A DNA stretch of 64,000 nucleotides from Squalus acanthias. Taxonomy: Eukaryota. The DNA lies in assembly GCA_030390025.1 (NCBI GenBank), contig CM059432.1, forward strand, positions 682,001 through 746,000. The letters are read 5' to 3'. The notes under the pieces were generated by a model that was not told the DNA's origin, searched no databases, and saw nothing but the letters and a program-made list of their open reading frames with translations. The translations under genes and the position numbers were made by a program. Positions 24,491-37,856 of this stretch are shown here, piece after piece. Position 1 is the first letter of the stretch; the number at the start of each line of letters is the position of its first letter.

Positions 24491-27400
24491 GGCCGCGATT
24501 TTACTAACCTCGGCGGGTCCGTGGCGGGCGATGTCGATGGCAGGTCCCGACCCCGCTGCTGGCTCCGGCCCGCTCTGTGAAATGAATTTACGTTGATGGG
24601 GCTTGTTAAGCCTGCCCAGCGCGTTTCCTGGCCAATTAGTGGAAGCGGGTCTGGTGACGTCATTTCATGACGCATCATCAGCCGGTTTCCTTAAAGGGAC
24701 CATGTCCAAATTTATTTTGACATTTGTGCTGTCAGTGTTCTACAGCATTGAGCAGCTGCAAACACTGACAATGACTGTACAGATGCACAGGGCTGCACCC
24801 AGGTTCTCCCATGCTTATGGAGGGAGTTAGAGCACGCAGGGAGGTCCTCTTCCCTTCCGATGGGCAGAAGAGACCTCCCCAGGAGACCTAAGCAGCCTGG
24901 TTGCACATTGCAGAGGAGGACACAAGCAGGGATGTGGTCAGGAGGACCTGGGTGCAGTGGCGCAAACCTTTCAATGATCTCAGTAGATCACGAAACGTTA
25001 GTACAAAGCTACACTCAACCTCATCCCGCTGTGCTTCTCATCACATCCCCATCACTCTGCCTTCCCTACCCTACTCCTGCACATCCTTACTAACACCAAC
25101 TTACCTTGCACCTCCACCCATCCCTCTCTTTCTCTATCTACATTATCATATCCCCATCTCAGTAGCCACCCCTCACACTCACCCTCATCCTAGTGCAATC
25201 ATACCAACTAACAACACACAAGGGTAGCCACTTGGGTGTTTTATCCAATGTTCATGTAAAGTTTCTGTTAATGTGCTGTCAAACATTGAAACCTTTATTT
25301 TCAACACTTTCCGTTCTTAGACAGATTTGTGTGCACCTTTGGAAGTGGCTTAGTGAGTTGCAGTGAATGGTGAGACATAACAATACCCCCCTCAATGGTG
25401 ATGAGTGTGAAAGAAATGGCTTGGGCATTGTAGGAATGGTGTTGGCATGGGGTGGTGCCAACCTGGCGCATCATGTGGCAGCCAGGGTGTACAGCGTCAA
25501 GTGAAGTATATCTGGCCATGGTGAGGCCATCGCTGGTGTCCCGGGCAGCAATGTGGTCGGGTGCTGATGCCCTGTGTCCTGTGCAGCATCAGTTGATTGC
25601 GGAAAAGGTTGGTGTTGTTGTTGGTGCTGCTGGTGTGCCCGGTGCTGCTGGTGTTGGGGCTGATCGTGGTGGGATTCTGAGGACCAAGGTGAGAGAGTAT
25701 AAAGGGCACCCATGCTGATGCTTGAATATTAAGGGAATCAAGGGATATAAGGATAGTTCAGGAAAGTGGAGTTGAGGTAGAAGATCAGCCATGATCTTAT
25801 TGAATGGCGGAGCAGGCTCGAAGGGCCAAATGGCCTACTCCTGCTCCTATTTCTTAAGTTCTTATGTTCTTATGATGGAATAGATGGCAGGTGAAGTAGA
25901 GATGACAGAAGCGATCTGTCAATGGTGAGAGAGGTAATGAGGTCAGACTGGATGGAGACTTGTGTAAAGACTTGCACCATGGTGAATCTGTTGTGGAAAT
26001 GCAGTGAGGAACAGCTTGTGGCTGAGGGAAGATATCTCTGTAAGGTGGGAGCTTTTACTTTATATTTACATAAGAAATAGGAGCAGGAATAGGCCACTTG
26101 GCCCCTCGAGCCTGCTCCGCCATTCAATAAGATCATGACTGATCTTGGGCTCAAAGCCACTTCCCTGCCCGCTCCCCATAACCCTTCACTCCCTTATCTT
26201 GCAAAAATTTGTCTATCTCCACTTTAAATGTATTTAATGACCCAGCCTCCACAGCTCTCTAGGGCAGAGAATTCCACAGATTTACGACCCTCTGAGAGAA
26301 GAAATTCCTCCTCATCTCAGTTCTAAAAGGGCGACCCTTTATTCTAAAACTGTGCCCCCGCGTTCTAGATTTCCCCACGAGGAGAAACATCCTCTCTGCA
26401 TCTACCTTGTCGTGCCCCCTCAGTATCTTATATGTTTCAATAAGATCACCTCTCATTCTTCTAAATTCCAATGAGTATAGGCCCAGCCTGCTCAACCTTT
26501 CCTCATAAGTCAAACCCCTCATCTCTGGAATTAACCTAGTGAACCGTCTCTGAACTGCCTCCAATGCAAGTATATCCTTCCTTAATTAAGGAGACCAAAA
26601 CTGTGCGCAGTACTCGAGGTGTGGTCTCACCAATACCCTGTACAGTTGTAGCAGGACTTCCCTGCTTTTATACTCCAACCCCTTTGAAATAAAGGCCAGC
26701 ATTCCATTTGCCTTTTTGATTACTTGCTGGACCTGCATGCTAACTTTTTGTGTTTCATGCACAAGGACCTCCAGGCCCCTCTGAACTGTAGCATTTTGTA
26801 ATCTCTCTCCATTTAAATAATAATTTGCTTTTTTATTTTTCCAGCCAAAGTGCATAACCTCGCACTTTCCCACATTATACTCCATCTGCCAAATGTTTGC
26901 CCACTCACTTAGCCTGTCTATATCCCTTTGCAGGTTCTTTGAGTCCTCTGCACAACTTGCTTTCCCACCCATCTTTGTATCATCCGCAAACTTGGCTACA
27001 TTACACTCGGTCCCTTCATCCAAGTCATTAATGTAGATTGTAAATAGTTGAGGCCCCAGCACCGATCCCTGTGGTGCCCCACTAGTTACCGTTTGCCAAG
27101 CGGAAAATTACCCATTTATCCCAACTCTCTGCTTTCTGTTCGTTAGCCAATTCTCCATCCGTGCTAATATATTACCCCCAATTCCGTGAGCTCTTATCTT
27201 ATGCAGTAACCTTTTACGTGGCACCTTATCGAATGCCTTCTGGAAATCCAAATACACCACATCCACTGGTTCACCTTTGTCCACCCTGCTTGTTACCTCC
27301 TCAAAGAACTCCAGCAAGTTTGTTAAACATGATTTCCCTTTCATAAAACCATGCTGACTCTGCTTGACTGCATTATGATTTTCCAAATGCCCTGCTACTG

Positions 27401-28340
27401 CTTCCTTAATGAAGGACTCCAGCATTTTCCCAACGACAGATGTTAGGCTAACTGGTCTATAGTTTCCTGCTTTCTGTCTCCCTCCTTTCTTAAATAGGGG
27501 TGTTACATTTGCGGTTTTCCAATCCGCTGGGATCTCTCCAGAGTCCAGGGAATTTTGGTATATTGCAACCAATGCATCCACTATCTCTGCAGCCACTTCT
27601 TTTAAGACCCTGGGATGCAGGCCATCTGGTCCAGGGGACTTATCATCTTTTAGTCTCATTATTTTACCAAGTACTATTTCCTTAGTGATAGTGATTGTCT
27701 TTAGTTGCCCCCTCCCTGTGGCCCCTTGATTATCCATTATTGGGATGTTGTTAGTGTCTTCTACCATGAAGACAGATACAAAATGTTTGTTCAGAGTCTC
27801 TGCCATTTCCCCGTTCCACATTATTAATTCCCCAGTCTCATCCTCGAAGGGACCAACGTTTACTTTAGCTACCCTCTTCCTTTTTATATATCTGGAGAAG
27901 CTCTTACTATCTGTTTTAATGTTTCTTGCCAGTTTACTCTCATAATTCATCTTCTCTCTATTTATTATTTTTTTAGTCATCCTTTGCTGTTTTTTTAAAA
28001 TTTCCCAATCCTCTGGTCTCCCACCAATCTTGGCAACATTTGAAGCTGTCAACTCAACAGCTGATTCAATGGCCAGTGAACTCCCGCCTCAGCTTGACAG
28101 ACGTGGTCCATGACCAGCGTGGACCCCGTGGGCGAGCTGTCAAATGCAGAAGGTAAGCTGAAAATCATTTTTAAGTGGCTCTAAACAAGCCACTAATTAC
28201 CTGAATTGGGTCCCCCGCCTCTGCGTGTCGGGTCTGCTCAGCGCTGACGGACCCGACATTGGACCCGCTGTGAAAAAAAAACACTTTCCCACCTGATCCA
28301 CCACCGATCGCGCCCACTGACCCTCCGCAAAATTCCGGCC
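24491..28340 (+). mobile_element. Harbinger-type element with Myb/SANT-like remnant, split by CR1 insertions
   Basis: Imperfect TIR ggccgcgatttt / aaaattccggcc; 3-bp TSD AAT (24488-24490 and 28341-28343); RAAPRFS...AWLHIAEEDTSRDVVRRTWVQWRKPFNDL at about 24790-24990. Confidence 0.75.
26068..28040 (-). mobile_element. 5'-truncated CR1 LINE (about 2 kb of ORF2)
   Basis: ORFs 27108-28052, 26586-27062 and 26259-26564 cover the RT domain with frameshifts; a separate + strand CR1 tail lies at about 25715-25873. Confidence 0.95.
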
Positions 28341-28534
28341 AATGTTTTTACAAACCAGGGCGGGCCATGTTGGCAGCATTAATCTGCAACATGCAGTTTT
28401 GTATTTTGTTTCTACTTTGAGCTCTAGATAAATTGCAAAAACAATAAACTAAGGTGTCAATCATCGCTGACTTCCAGTTATGTGCGATATATCGCTGCAG
28501 TTTCCATCTGATTACAGACAGTTAGTTTTCTTAC

Positions 28535-28633
28535 TTTAGTTGATAGTTCAGTGGAGGCTCCATACTCTAAAAGGAATTTCACGATTGTATCATTTCCTTG
28601 TTGAGCAGCAAAGTATAAAGCAGTAGAACCTGA
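28535..28633 (-). CDS. ANKRD29: ANKRD29 exon 4: SGSTALYFAAQQGNDTIVKFLLEYGASTELSTK
   Basis: 99 nt, ttcccccccag|...|gtaaga; resembles recalled human SGTTALFFAAQQGHNDVV..GASTEFRTK. Confidence 0.95.
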
Positions 28634-28699
28634 CTGGGGGGGAAAAAAAAGAGGACATTAATTCACTCAACACAAAACAGCTACTGGTCTCAAACAATA

Positions 28700-29258
28700 T
28701 AAGAATTAGGAGCAAGAGAAGGCCATACGGCCCCTCGAGCCTGCTCCGCCATTCAATAAGATCATGGCTGATCTTCGACCTCAACTCCATTTTCCCGCCT
28801 GATCCCCATATCCCTTGATTCCCCTGGAATCCAAAAATCTATCGATCTCAGCCTTGAATATACTCAACGACTGAGCCTCCACATTCCTCTGGGGTAGAGA
28901 ATTCCAAAGATTCACAACCCTCTGAGTAAATAAATTTCTCCTCGTCTCAGTCCTAAATGGCCGACCCTTTATCCTGAGACTGTGACCCCTGGTTCTAGAT
29001 TCTCCAGCCAGGGGAAACAGCCTCTCAGCGTCTATCCTGTCCAGGCCCCTCAGAATCTTGTATGTTTCAATGAGATCACCTCTCACTCTTCTAAACTCCA
29101 GAGGGTATAGGCCCATTCTACACAATCTCTCATCCCAGGGATCAATCTATTGAACCTTCGTTGCACCCCCTTCTAAGGCAAGTATATCCATCCTTAGGTA
29201 CGGAGATCAAAACTGTACACAGTACTCCAGGTGTGGTCTCACCAAAGCCCTGTACAAT
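28700..29258 (-). mobile_element. CR1 3' end
   Basis: ORF 28781-29125 LEFRRVRGDLIETYKIL..GYGDQAGKWS. Confidence 0.9.
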
Positions 29259-29370
29259 TAATTAGGTTAATTTTTACTGATTTAATTGATTGTCATTGTA
29301 CCTAATTGCAAATGTAAATTTGTTCCCACACTGACAGATGTTTTCCTCTGGCTTCGTTCAAGCCACATCA

Positions 29371-29512
29371 CTGGGAATTTCCTTGGGGGTTCTCCTGATC
29401 GGCCGCCATGATTTTGGCAGAAGCCCCGCATAGATGCAGTAACCAGAGTTTGTGCCGATCCTCCGCCGAAGTTACACCAGCTAATCGGATAAACTCCAGA
29501 GGAAATTCCCTG
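29371..29512. mobile_element. Palindromic MITE related to 14563-14740
   Basis: gggaatttcct...aggaaattccc termini; inner arms ttttggcagaag / ctccgccgaagtt. Confidence 0.6.
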
Positions 29513-29555
29513 TTTCAGAAAATCAAGGAGGAACAATAAAAGTGAGTTTTGAACT

Positions 29556-29940
29556 CATAGAATTACATAGAATTTACACCACAGAAACAGGCCACTCGTC
29601 CCAACTGGTCCATGCCGGTATTTATGCTCCACACGCGCCTCCTCCCACCCTACTTCATCTCACCCAATCAGCATAACCTCTGTTCCTTTCTCCCTCATGT
29701 GCTTATCTAGATTCCTCTTAAATACATCTATGCTATTCGCCTCAACCACTCTCTGAGTAAAGAAGTTACTCCTGAATTCCTTATTGGATTTATTAGTGAC
29801 TGTCTTATATTTATAGCCCCTAGTTTTGGTCTCCACCCACCCCCCCACAAGTGGAAACATCTTCTCTACGTCTACCCTATCGAAACCCCTTCATAATTTT
29901 GTAGGCCTCTATCAGGTCACCTCTCAATCTTCCCTTTTTC
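29556..29940 (-). mobile_element. CR1 3' end
   Basis: RLRGDLIEAYKIMKG; NFFTQRVV. Confidence 0.8.
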
Positions 29941-30096
29941 CAGCCCAACAAAACAAAAGAATCATTTGGCCGAGATGTCTTCGGACATCTCCTGAAGTTC
30001 AGCCTCATAAGACCTCCATCTTGCACAATAACTATCCCTGGATGGATAGTTCCCAGTTCACAGACAGCCATTGCAATAACGCTTGCTACGCATTAC

Positions 30097-30195
30097 CTCT
30101 CTCTGGATATTGATGTCGGCTCCTTGCAAAATCAGCTCTCGAACGCAATCCTTGTGATTGCAGAATGAAGCTACCATCAGAGCGGTGGTCCCAAG
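30097..30195 (-). CDS. ANKRD29: ANKRD29 exon 3: LGTTALMVASFCNHKDCVRELILQGADINIQRE
   Basis: 99 nt, ttggcag|...|gtaatg; resembles recalled human HGTTLLMVAAYAGHIDCVRELVLQGADINLQRE. Confidence 0.96.
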
Positions 30196-30423
30196 CTGCC
30201 AATAAGAAAATGTTAATGATAATCAAGGATTGGATGGTGGCAGGTTGGGATATTACTGAAATCACCCATGAGTCCAATGGAGATAGCACACAATGCATGC
30301 AGTTAAAAAAACCATGTAAAAATGTATTCCATTTTGAAAGCTTTGCTGTAACCCCTACCACATTGATTTATGGGAAAGGGGATGCACTTCAAGTGCTGTT
30401 GGCATGCATTCATTGACCCATAC

Positions 30424-30534
30424 ACTGTCTCTGCAGTCTGCATCCATTCGACCACTGTTTAAAAGCAGCCTCAGGAGAGTCACGTTTCCTTTTCGTGCAG
30501 TCCAGAATACAGCATTTGCAAGTGGCATTTCCCT
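30424..30534 (-). CDS. ANKRD29: ANKRD29 exon 2: REMPLANAVFWTARKGNVTLLRLLLNSGRMDADCRDS
   Basis: 111 nt, ctaacag|...|gtatgg; resembles recalled human KETPLANAAFWAARRGNLALLKLLLNSGRVDVDCRDS. Confidence 0.96.
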
Positions 30535-30797
30535 CTGTTAGAAAAATACAAGTTCAGTTTCAGCAGTGAAATATATCATCATCAAAATATGCAAGTGAAC
30601 TAAAATGGTTCTTAAACATCTTGCAGTTTTGTGTTGGAACCGAGGAAAGCGCAAGTTAATTTACGTCATCATTTTTTGTATCATCAGATCATTTGTTACA
30701 CAAATTCTGTATTCCAAGTGTGATGGTGGTTAGAAACATGCACAGTACTACACTAAGGGCCAGGGCTATCCCCTAAAAGAAAGACTTGCATTTGTAT

Positions 30798-31192
30798 CAT
30801 AGAATCATAGAATAGTACAGCACAGAAGGAGGCCATTCGGCCTATCGAGTTTGTGCCATCTTCTGCGAAGAGCAATCCAGTTAGTCCCACTCCCCTGCTC
30901 TTTCCCCATATCTCTGCAATTTTTCTCCTTCAAGTATTTATCCAATTCCCTTTTGAAGGCTACTATTGAATCTGTATCCACCACCCTATCAGGCAGTGCA
31001 TTCCAAATCCTAACCACTCGTTGTGTAAAAAAGTTTTTCCTCATGTCGCCTCTGGTTATTTTGCCAATCACGTCAAATCTGTGCTCTCTCGTTATCAGTC
31101 CTTCAGCCACTGGAAACAGTTTTTCTTTGTTTACTCTATCTAAACCCTTCATGATTTTAAACACCTCTATCAAATCTCCTCTTAGCCTTCTC
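30798..31192 (-). mobile_element. CR1 3' end
   Basis: ORF 30805-31173 IEVFKIMKGLDRV..NFFTQRVVRIWNALP. Confidence 0.85.
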
Positions 31193-31377
31193 CTAGGAGC
31201 AGAGAAGGCTAAGAGGAGAACGCCTCCATACAGCGCCTTTCACGACCGCAGGACATCCCAAAGCACTTTACAGCTAATGAAGTACTTTTGAAGTATAGTC
31301 ACTGTTGTAATGTAGGAAACGCAGCAGCCAATTTTCACACAGCAAGCTCCCACAAACAGCAATGTGATAATGACTAT

Positions 31378-34300
31378 GGGAACGGTAGCATAGTGGTAAT
31401 GTCACTGGGCTAGTCAATCCAGAGGCCTGGACTAATAATCTAGAGACGTGAGTTCAAATCCCACCACGGCAGCTGGGGAATTTAAATTCAGTTAATTAAA
31501 TAAATCTGGAATAATTACTAGTATCAGTAATGGTAACCGTGAAACTATCGGATTGTCGTGAAAACCCATCTGGTTCACTAATTAGGGAAAGAAATCTACC
31601 ATCCTTACCTGGTCTGGCCTATCTTCTTCTTCTTCTTAGGCAGTCCCTTGGAACCGAGGATGACTTGCTTCCACATTAAAAGTGAGTTCTCAGGTGACTG
31701 ATGAGTCCAATGCGGGACCTACAGGACGGACCACCCGGCATCGACCTCGGCTACGGACACGGCAACGGCATACCCAGCCCAGTCAACCCTGCAAAGTCCT
31801 CCTCACCAACATCTGGGGACTTGTGCCAAAATTGGGAGAGTTGTCCCACAGACTAGTCAAGCAACAGCCTGACATAGTCATACTCACAGAATCATACCTT
31901 TCAGCCAATGTCCCAAACTCGTCCATCACCATCCCTGGGTATGTCTCACTGGCAGGACAGACCCACCAGGGGTGGTGGCACAGTGGTATACAGTCGGGAA
32001 AGAGTGACCCTGGGAGTCCTCAACATTGACTCTGGACCCCATGAAGTCTCATGGCTTCAGGTCAAGCATGGGCAAGGAAACCTCCTGCTGATTACCACCT
32101 ACCGCCCTGTCTCAGCTGAAGAATCAGTACTCCTCCATGTTGAACACCACTTGGAAGAAGCACTAAGAGAAAAGAATGTACTCTGGGTGGGGGACTTCAA
32201 TGTCCATCACCAAGAGTGGCTCGGTAGCACCACTACTGGCCGAGTCCTGAAGGACATAACTGCCAGTCTGGGCCTGCAACAGGTGGTAAGAGAACCAACA
32301 CAAGGGGAAAAACCTACTTGACCTCGTCCTCACCAATCTACTTGTCGCAGATGCATCTGTCCATGACAGTATTGGTAGCAGTGACCACCGCACAGTCATT
32401 GTGGAGATGAAGTCCCGTCTTCACACTGAGGACACATTCCATCGTGTTGTGTGCCATTAGCACCTACCACCCTGTCTCAGCTGATGAATCAGTACTCCTC
32501 CATGTGTGGGACAGATTTAGCAGCTCAAAACTGGGCATCCATGAGGCGCTGTGGGAAATCAGCAGCAGCAGAATTGTATTCCACCACAATCTGTAACCTC
32601 ATGGCCTGACATATCCCTCACTCTACCATTACCATCAAGCCAGGGGACCAACCCTGGTTCAATAAGGAGTGTAGAAGAGCACGCCAGGAGCAGCAACAGG
32701 CGTACCTAAAAATGAGGTGCCAACCTGAGGAAGCTGCAACACAGGACTACATGCATGCTAAAAAGCGGAAGCAGCATGCTATAGACAGGGCTAAGCGATC
32801 CCACAATCAACGGATCAGATCAAAGCTCTGCAGTCCTGCCACATCCAGTCGTGAATGGTGGTGGACCATTAAACAACTAACGGGAGGAGGAGGCTCCATG
32901 AATATCCCCATCCTCAATGATATTTGAGCCCAGCACATGAGTGCAAAAGACAAGGCTGAAGCGTTTGCAACCATCTTCAGCCAGAAGTGCCTGAGTGGAT
33001 GATCCATATCAGCCGACTCCTGAGGTCCCCATCATCACAGGAGCCAGTCTTCAGCCAATTCGATTCACTCCACGTGATATCAAGAAACGGCTGAGCGCAC
33101 TGGATACAGCAAAGGCTATGGGCCCCGACAACATCCCGGCTATCGTGTTGAAGACTTGTGCTCCAGAACTAGCCGCGCCTCCAGCCAAGCTGTTCCAGTA
33201 CAGCTACAACATTGGCATCTATCTGACAATGTGGAAAACTGCCCAGGTATGTCCTGTCCACAAAAAGCAGGACAAATCCAATCCGGCCAATTACCGCCCC
33301 ATCAGTCTACTCTCAATAACAGCAAAGTGATGGAAGGTATCGTCGACAGTGCTACCAAACGACACTTACTCACCAAAAACCTGCTCACTGATGCTCAGTT
33401 TGGGTTCCGCCAAGACCACTCGGCTCCCGACCTCATTACAGCCTTGGTCCAAACATGGACAAAGGAGCTGAATTCCAGAGGTGAGGTGAGAGTGACTGCC
33501 CTTGACATCAAGGCAGCATTTGACTGAGTGTGGCATCAAGGAGCCCTAGTAAAACTGGTCAATGGGAATCGGGGGGAAAACGCTCCACTGGCTGGAGTCA
33601 TACCTAGCACAAAGGAAGATGGTTGTGGTGGTGGAAGGTCAATCATCACAGCCCCAGGCCATCGCTGCAGGAGTTCCTCAGGGCAGTGTCCTAGGTCCAA
33701 CCATCTTCAGCTGCTTCATCAATGACCTTCCCTCCAACATAAGGTAAGAAATGGGGATGTTCGCTGATGACTGCACAGTGTCCTAGGCCCATTCACAACT
33801 CCTCAGATAATGAAGCAGTCTATGCCCACATGCAACAAGACCTGGACGATGTTCAGGCTTGGGCTGATAAGTGGCAGGCAACATTCGCGCCACTAACGTG
33901 CCAGGCAATGACTATCTCCAACAAGCGAGAGTCTAACCATCTCCCCTTGACATTCAACAGCATTACTTTCGCCAAATCCCCCACCATCATAGAAACAGAG
34001 AAGATAGGAGCAGGAGTAGGCCATTCGGCCCCTCTAGCCTGCTCCGCCATTCAATGCGATCATGGCTGATCATCCAAATTCAGAACCCTGTCCCTGCTTT
34101 CTCCCCATATCCCTTGATCCCTTTAGCCTTAAGAAATATATCCAACTCCTTTTTGAATATATTTAATGAATTGGCCTCTACTGCCTTCTGTGGTAGAGAA
34201 TTCCACAGGTTCACCACTCTCTGGGTGAAGAAATTCCTCCTCATTTCTGTCCTAAATGGCTTACCCCTTATCCTTAGACTGTGACCCCTGGTTCTGGACT

Positions 34301-36962
34301 CCCCAACCATCGGGAACATCCTTCCTGCGTCTAATCTGTCTAGTCCTGTTAGAATTTTATAAGTTTCAATGAGACCCCCTCTCATTCTTCTAAACTCCAG
34401 TGAGTATAAGCCCAATCGACCCAATCTCTCCTCATAAGTCATTCCTGCCATCCCAGGTATCAGCCTGGTGAATCTTCGCTGAACTCCTTCCATGGCAAGA
34501 ACATCCTTCCTCAGATAAGGCGACCAAAACTGCACACAATACTCAAGATGTGGTCTCACCAAGGCCCTGTACAACTGCAGCAAGACATCCTTGTTCCTGT
34601 ACTCAAACCCTCTCGCTACGAAGGCCAACATACCATTTGCCTTCTTAACCGCCTGCTGCACCTGCATGCTTACCTTCAGCGACTGGTGCACAAGGACACC
34701 CAGGTCTCGTTGCACTTCCCCTTCTCCCAATCTATTGCCATTCAGATAATAATCTGCCTTCCTGTTTTTGACACCAAAGTGGATAACCTCGCATTTATCC
34801 ACGTATATTGCATCTGCCATGCTTCTGCCCAATCACCCAACCTGTCCAAATCATCCTGGAGTTTCTCGGCATCCTCCTCACAGCACACACGCCCATCCAG
34901 CTTTGTGTCGTCTGCAAACTTGGAGATATTACATCTGGTTCCCTTGTCTAGATCATTAATATATATTGTGAATAGCTGGGGTCCAAGGACCGATCCCTGC
35001 GGTACCCCACTAGTCACTGCCTGCCACTCGGAAAAAGACCCGTTTATTCCAACTCTTTGCTTTCAGTCTGCCAACCAGTTCTCTATCCAAGTCAGTACCT
35101 TGCCCCCAATCCCATGTGCCTTAACTTTACACACTAATCTCTTATGCGGGACCTTATCGAAAGCCTTTTGAAAGTCCAAATACACCACATCCACTGGTTC
35201 TCCCTTATCTATTTTCTCAGTTACATCCTCAAAAAATTCCAGTAGATTAGTCAAGCACGATTTACCTTTTGTAAATCCATGTTGACTTTGTCCGATCCTG
35301 TCACTGTTTTCCAAGTGCTCTGCTATTACATCTTTTATAATGGACTCCAGCATTTTCCCCACTACCGATGTCAGGCTTACCGGTCTGTAATTCCCCGTTT
35401 TCTCTCTACCACCTTTTTTGAATAGTGGGGTAACATTAGCTACCCTCCAATCCACGGGTATTGTTCCAGATTCCATCGAATGTTGGAAGATGATCAGCTT
35501 CCTTAAGTACCCTAGGATGTAGATTATCAGGCCCTGGGAATTTATCGGCCTTCAATCCCGTCAATTTCCCTAACACCATTTCCCTACAAATACTGATTTC
35601 TTTCAGTTCCTCCCTCTCATTAGACCCTATGTTCCCCCACATCTCTGGGAGGTTATTTGTGTCCTCCTTTGTGAAGACAGAACCAAAATATGTATTTAAT
35701 TGGTCAGCCATTTCTTTGTTCCCCATTATAAGTTCCCCTGATTCTGACTGCAAGGGACCTACGCTTGACTTCACCAATCTTTTTCTCTTCACATATCTAT
35801 AAAAGCTTTTACAGTCAGTTTTTATGTTCCCTGCAAGCTTCCTCTCATATTCTATTTTCCCCTTCTTAATTAATCACTTTGTCCTCCTTTATTGAATCCT
35901 AAACTGCTCCCAATCCTCAGGTTTACTGCTTTTTCTGGCCAATTTATATGTCCTCTCCTTGGATCTTATGCTATCCCTAATTTCCCTTGTTAGCCACGGT
36001 TGAGTTACCTTTGTTGTTGTATTCTTATGCCAAACTGGGATGAACAAATTCTGTAGTTCATCCATGCGGTCTTTGAATGTTTGCCATTGCCTATCCACCG
36101 TCAACCCTTTGAGTGACATTCCCCAATCAATCCTACCCAACTCGCGCCTCATACCATCGTAGTTTCCTTTATTTAAATTCAGGACCCTAGTCTCTGAGTC
36201 AACTACTTCACTCTCCATCTTAATGAAGAATTCTATCATATTATGATCACTCCGACCCAAGGGGCCTCGTACAACAAGATTGCTAATTAATCCTTTCTCA
36301 TTACATCAACATCCTGAAGGTCACCATTAACCAGAAACTTAACTGGACCAGCCACATAAATACTGTGGCAACAAGAGCAGGTCAGAGGCTAGGTATTCTG
36401 CGGCAAGTGTCTCACCTCCTGACTCCCCAAAGCCTTTCCACCATCTACAAGGCACAAGTAAGGAGTGTGATGGAATACTCTCCACTTGCCTGGATGAGTG
36501 CAGCTCCAACAACACTTAAGAAGCTCGACACCATCCAGGACAAAGCAGCACGCTTGATTGGCACCCCATCCACCACCTTAAACATTCACTCCCTCCACCA
36601 CCAGCGTACCGTGGCTGCAGTGTGTACCATCTACAAGATGCACTGCAGCAACTCGCCAAGGCTTCTTCGGCAGCACCTCCCAAACCCGCGACCTCTTCCA
36701 CCTAGAAGGACAAGGGCAGCAGGCGCATGGGAACACCACCACCTCCAAGTTCCCCTCCAAGTCACACACCATCCTGACTTAGAAGTATATTGCCGATCCT
36801 TCATCGTCGCTGGGTCAAAATCCTGGAACTCCCTCCCTAACAGCACTGTGGGAGTACCTTCACCACACGGACTACAGCGGTTCACCACCACCTTCTCAAG
36901 GGCAATTAGGGATGGGTAATAAATGCCGGCCTAGCCCACATTCCATAAACGAATAAAAAAAA
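31378..36962 (+). mobile_element. Near full-length decayed family-B LINE (APE+RT) preceded by a tRNA-like head; interrupted by a CR1 at 33988-36305
   Basis: A-box TAGCATAGTGG and B-box GAGTTCAAATCC near 31388-31462; endonuclease start VLLTNIWGL..PDIVILTESYL; WVGDFNVHH; RT motifs; A-rich tail at about 36955. Confidence 0.85.
33988..36305 (-). mobile_element. Young 5'-truncated CR1 (2.3 kb)
   Basis: ORFs 35889-36260, 35436-35792, 35063-35476 and 34080-34832; the host LINE sequence (ccaccatc|aacatcctg) resumes across it. Confidence 0.95.
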
Positions 36963-37640
36963 TAATCTGTTTTTCAGTGGTGTTAATTGAGGGATAAATA
37001 TTGGCCAGGACACCGGGGATAACTCCCCTGCTTTTCTTTGAAATAGTGCCATGCGATCTTTTACTTCCACCTGAGAGGGCAGACGGGGCCTTGGTTTAAC
37101 GTCTCATCCGGTCGACAGCCCCTCCGACAGTGTAGTGCTCCCTCAGTCCCTAGGAAGGTTACACAATGCAACAACAACTTACATTTATATAGCGCCTGTA
37201 ACGTAGTAAAACGGTCCAAGATGCTTCACAGGAGCGATTATCAAACAAAATTTGACACATATTAGGACAGGTGATCAAAAGCTTGGTTCAAGAGGTAGGT
37301 GTTAAGGAGCGTCTTAAAGGAGGAGAGAGAGGCAACAAGTAAAAAAACACTGAAGGCAATTTTGGTCTAGCAGCGGGAAACAGAAGGGAGCTGGAGAGGG
37401 CAATGGCTGTCTGGAGGACTCAGTTGGAGCTCTGTCCCAGTTTTCAGATGGCTCCTCTCATATGCATCGTTGAAGCAAACTGCTGGCACAAAACCTGCTC
37501 TCCATGGGCAGCTAACCATTTAGGAGGCAGCAAATTGGCTGCTGCTGCAGGTTCTTAAGAATCTGAAGCAACCAAAAACAGGGAAGCAACATTGCAGAGC
37601 TGCTGAAGATGTCTGCGGGCAACAAGAAATCTAGCAGTGT

Positions 37641-37856
37641 CCAAGGGGGTTTCAGATACAGCTGTGGAGATACTGTCGGAGTGAGTTCACAATAGAAATG
37701 AGGTCCTCCCCTCTATAGATGGTCAGCGGGTACCTAGGCAAATTAGTGAATATGCTTGGCGAGATCTGGCGCTACACGTGAATGCGATCAGCATTTTCTC
37801 CAGGACCTGACCTCAGTGTCAATATAAATTTAATGATCTCACCAGGAGTGCCAAGG
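37641..37856 (+). pseudogene. Harbinger Myb/SANT-like accessory-gene remnant
   Basis: Translates approximately as FSDTAVEILSE*VHNRNEVL..DGQR..AWRDLALHVNA...RT*PQCQYKFNDLTRSAK, then GTAAG; parallels 24790-24990; contains stops. Confidence 0.6.

Noticed and set aside
25471..25713. Gln/His-rich ORF
   Set aside because: Low-complexity (TGC/TGT/TGG)n sequence inside the Harbinger derivative; no evidence of a host exon
31698..31725. CTGATGA-GTCC...GGAC, resembling a hammerhead core plus stem II
   Set aside because: Followed by CTACA rather than GAAA, so the second conserved box is missing
34548..35171. Long + strand ORFs opposite CR1 copies (also 38809-39237, 40996-41382, 55656-56156)
   Set aside because: Antisense shadows of CR1 coding sequence, repeated with each copy; no independent protein features
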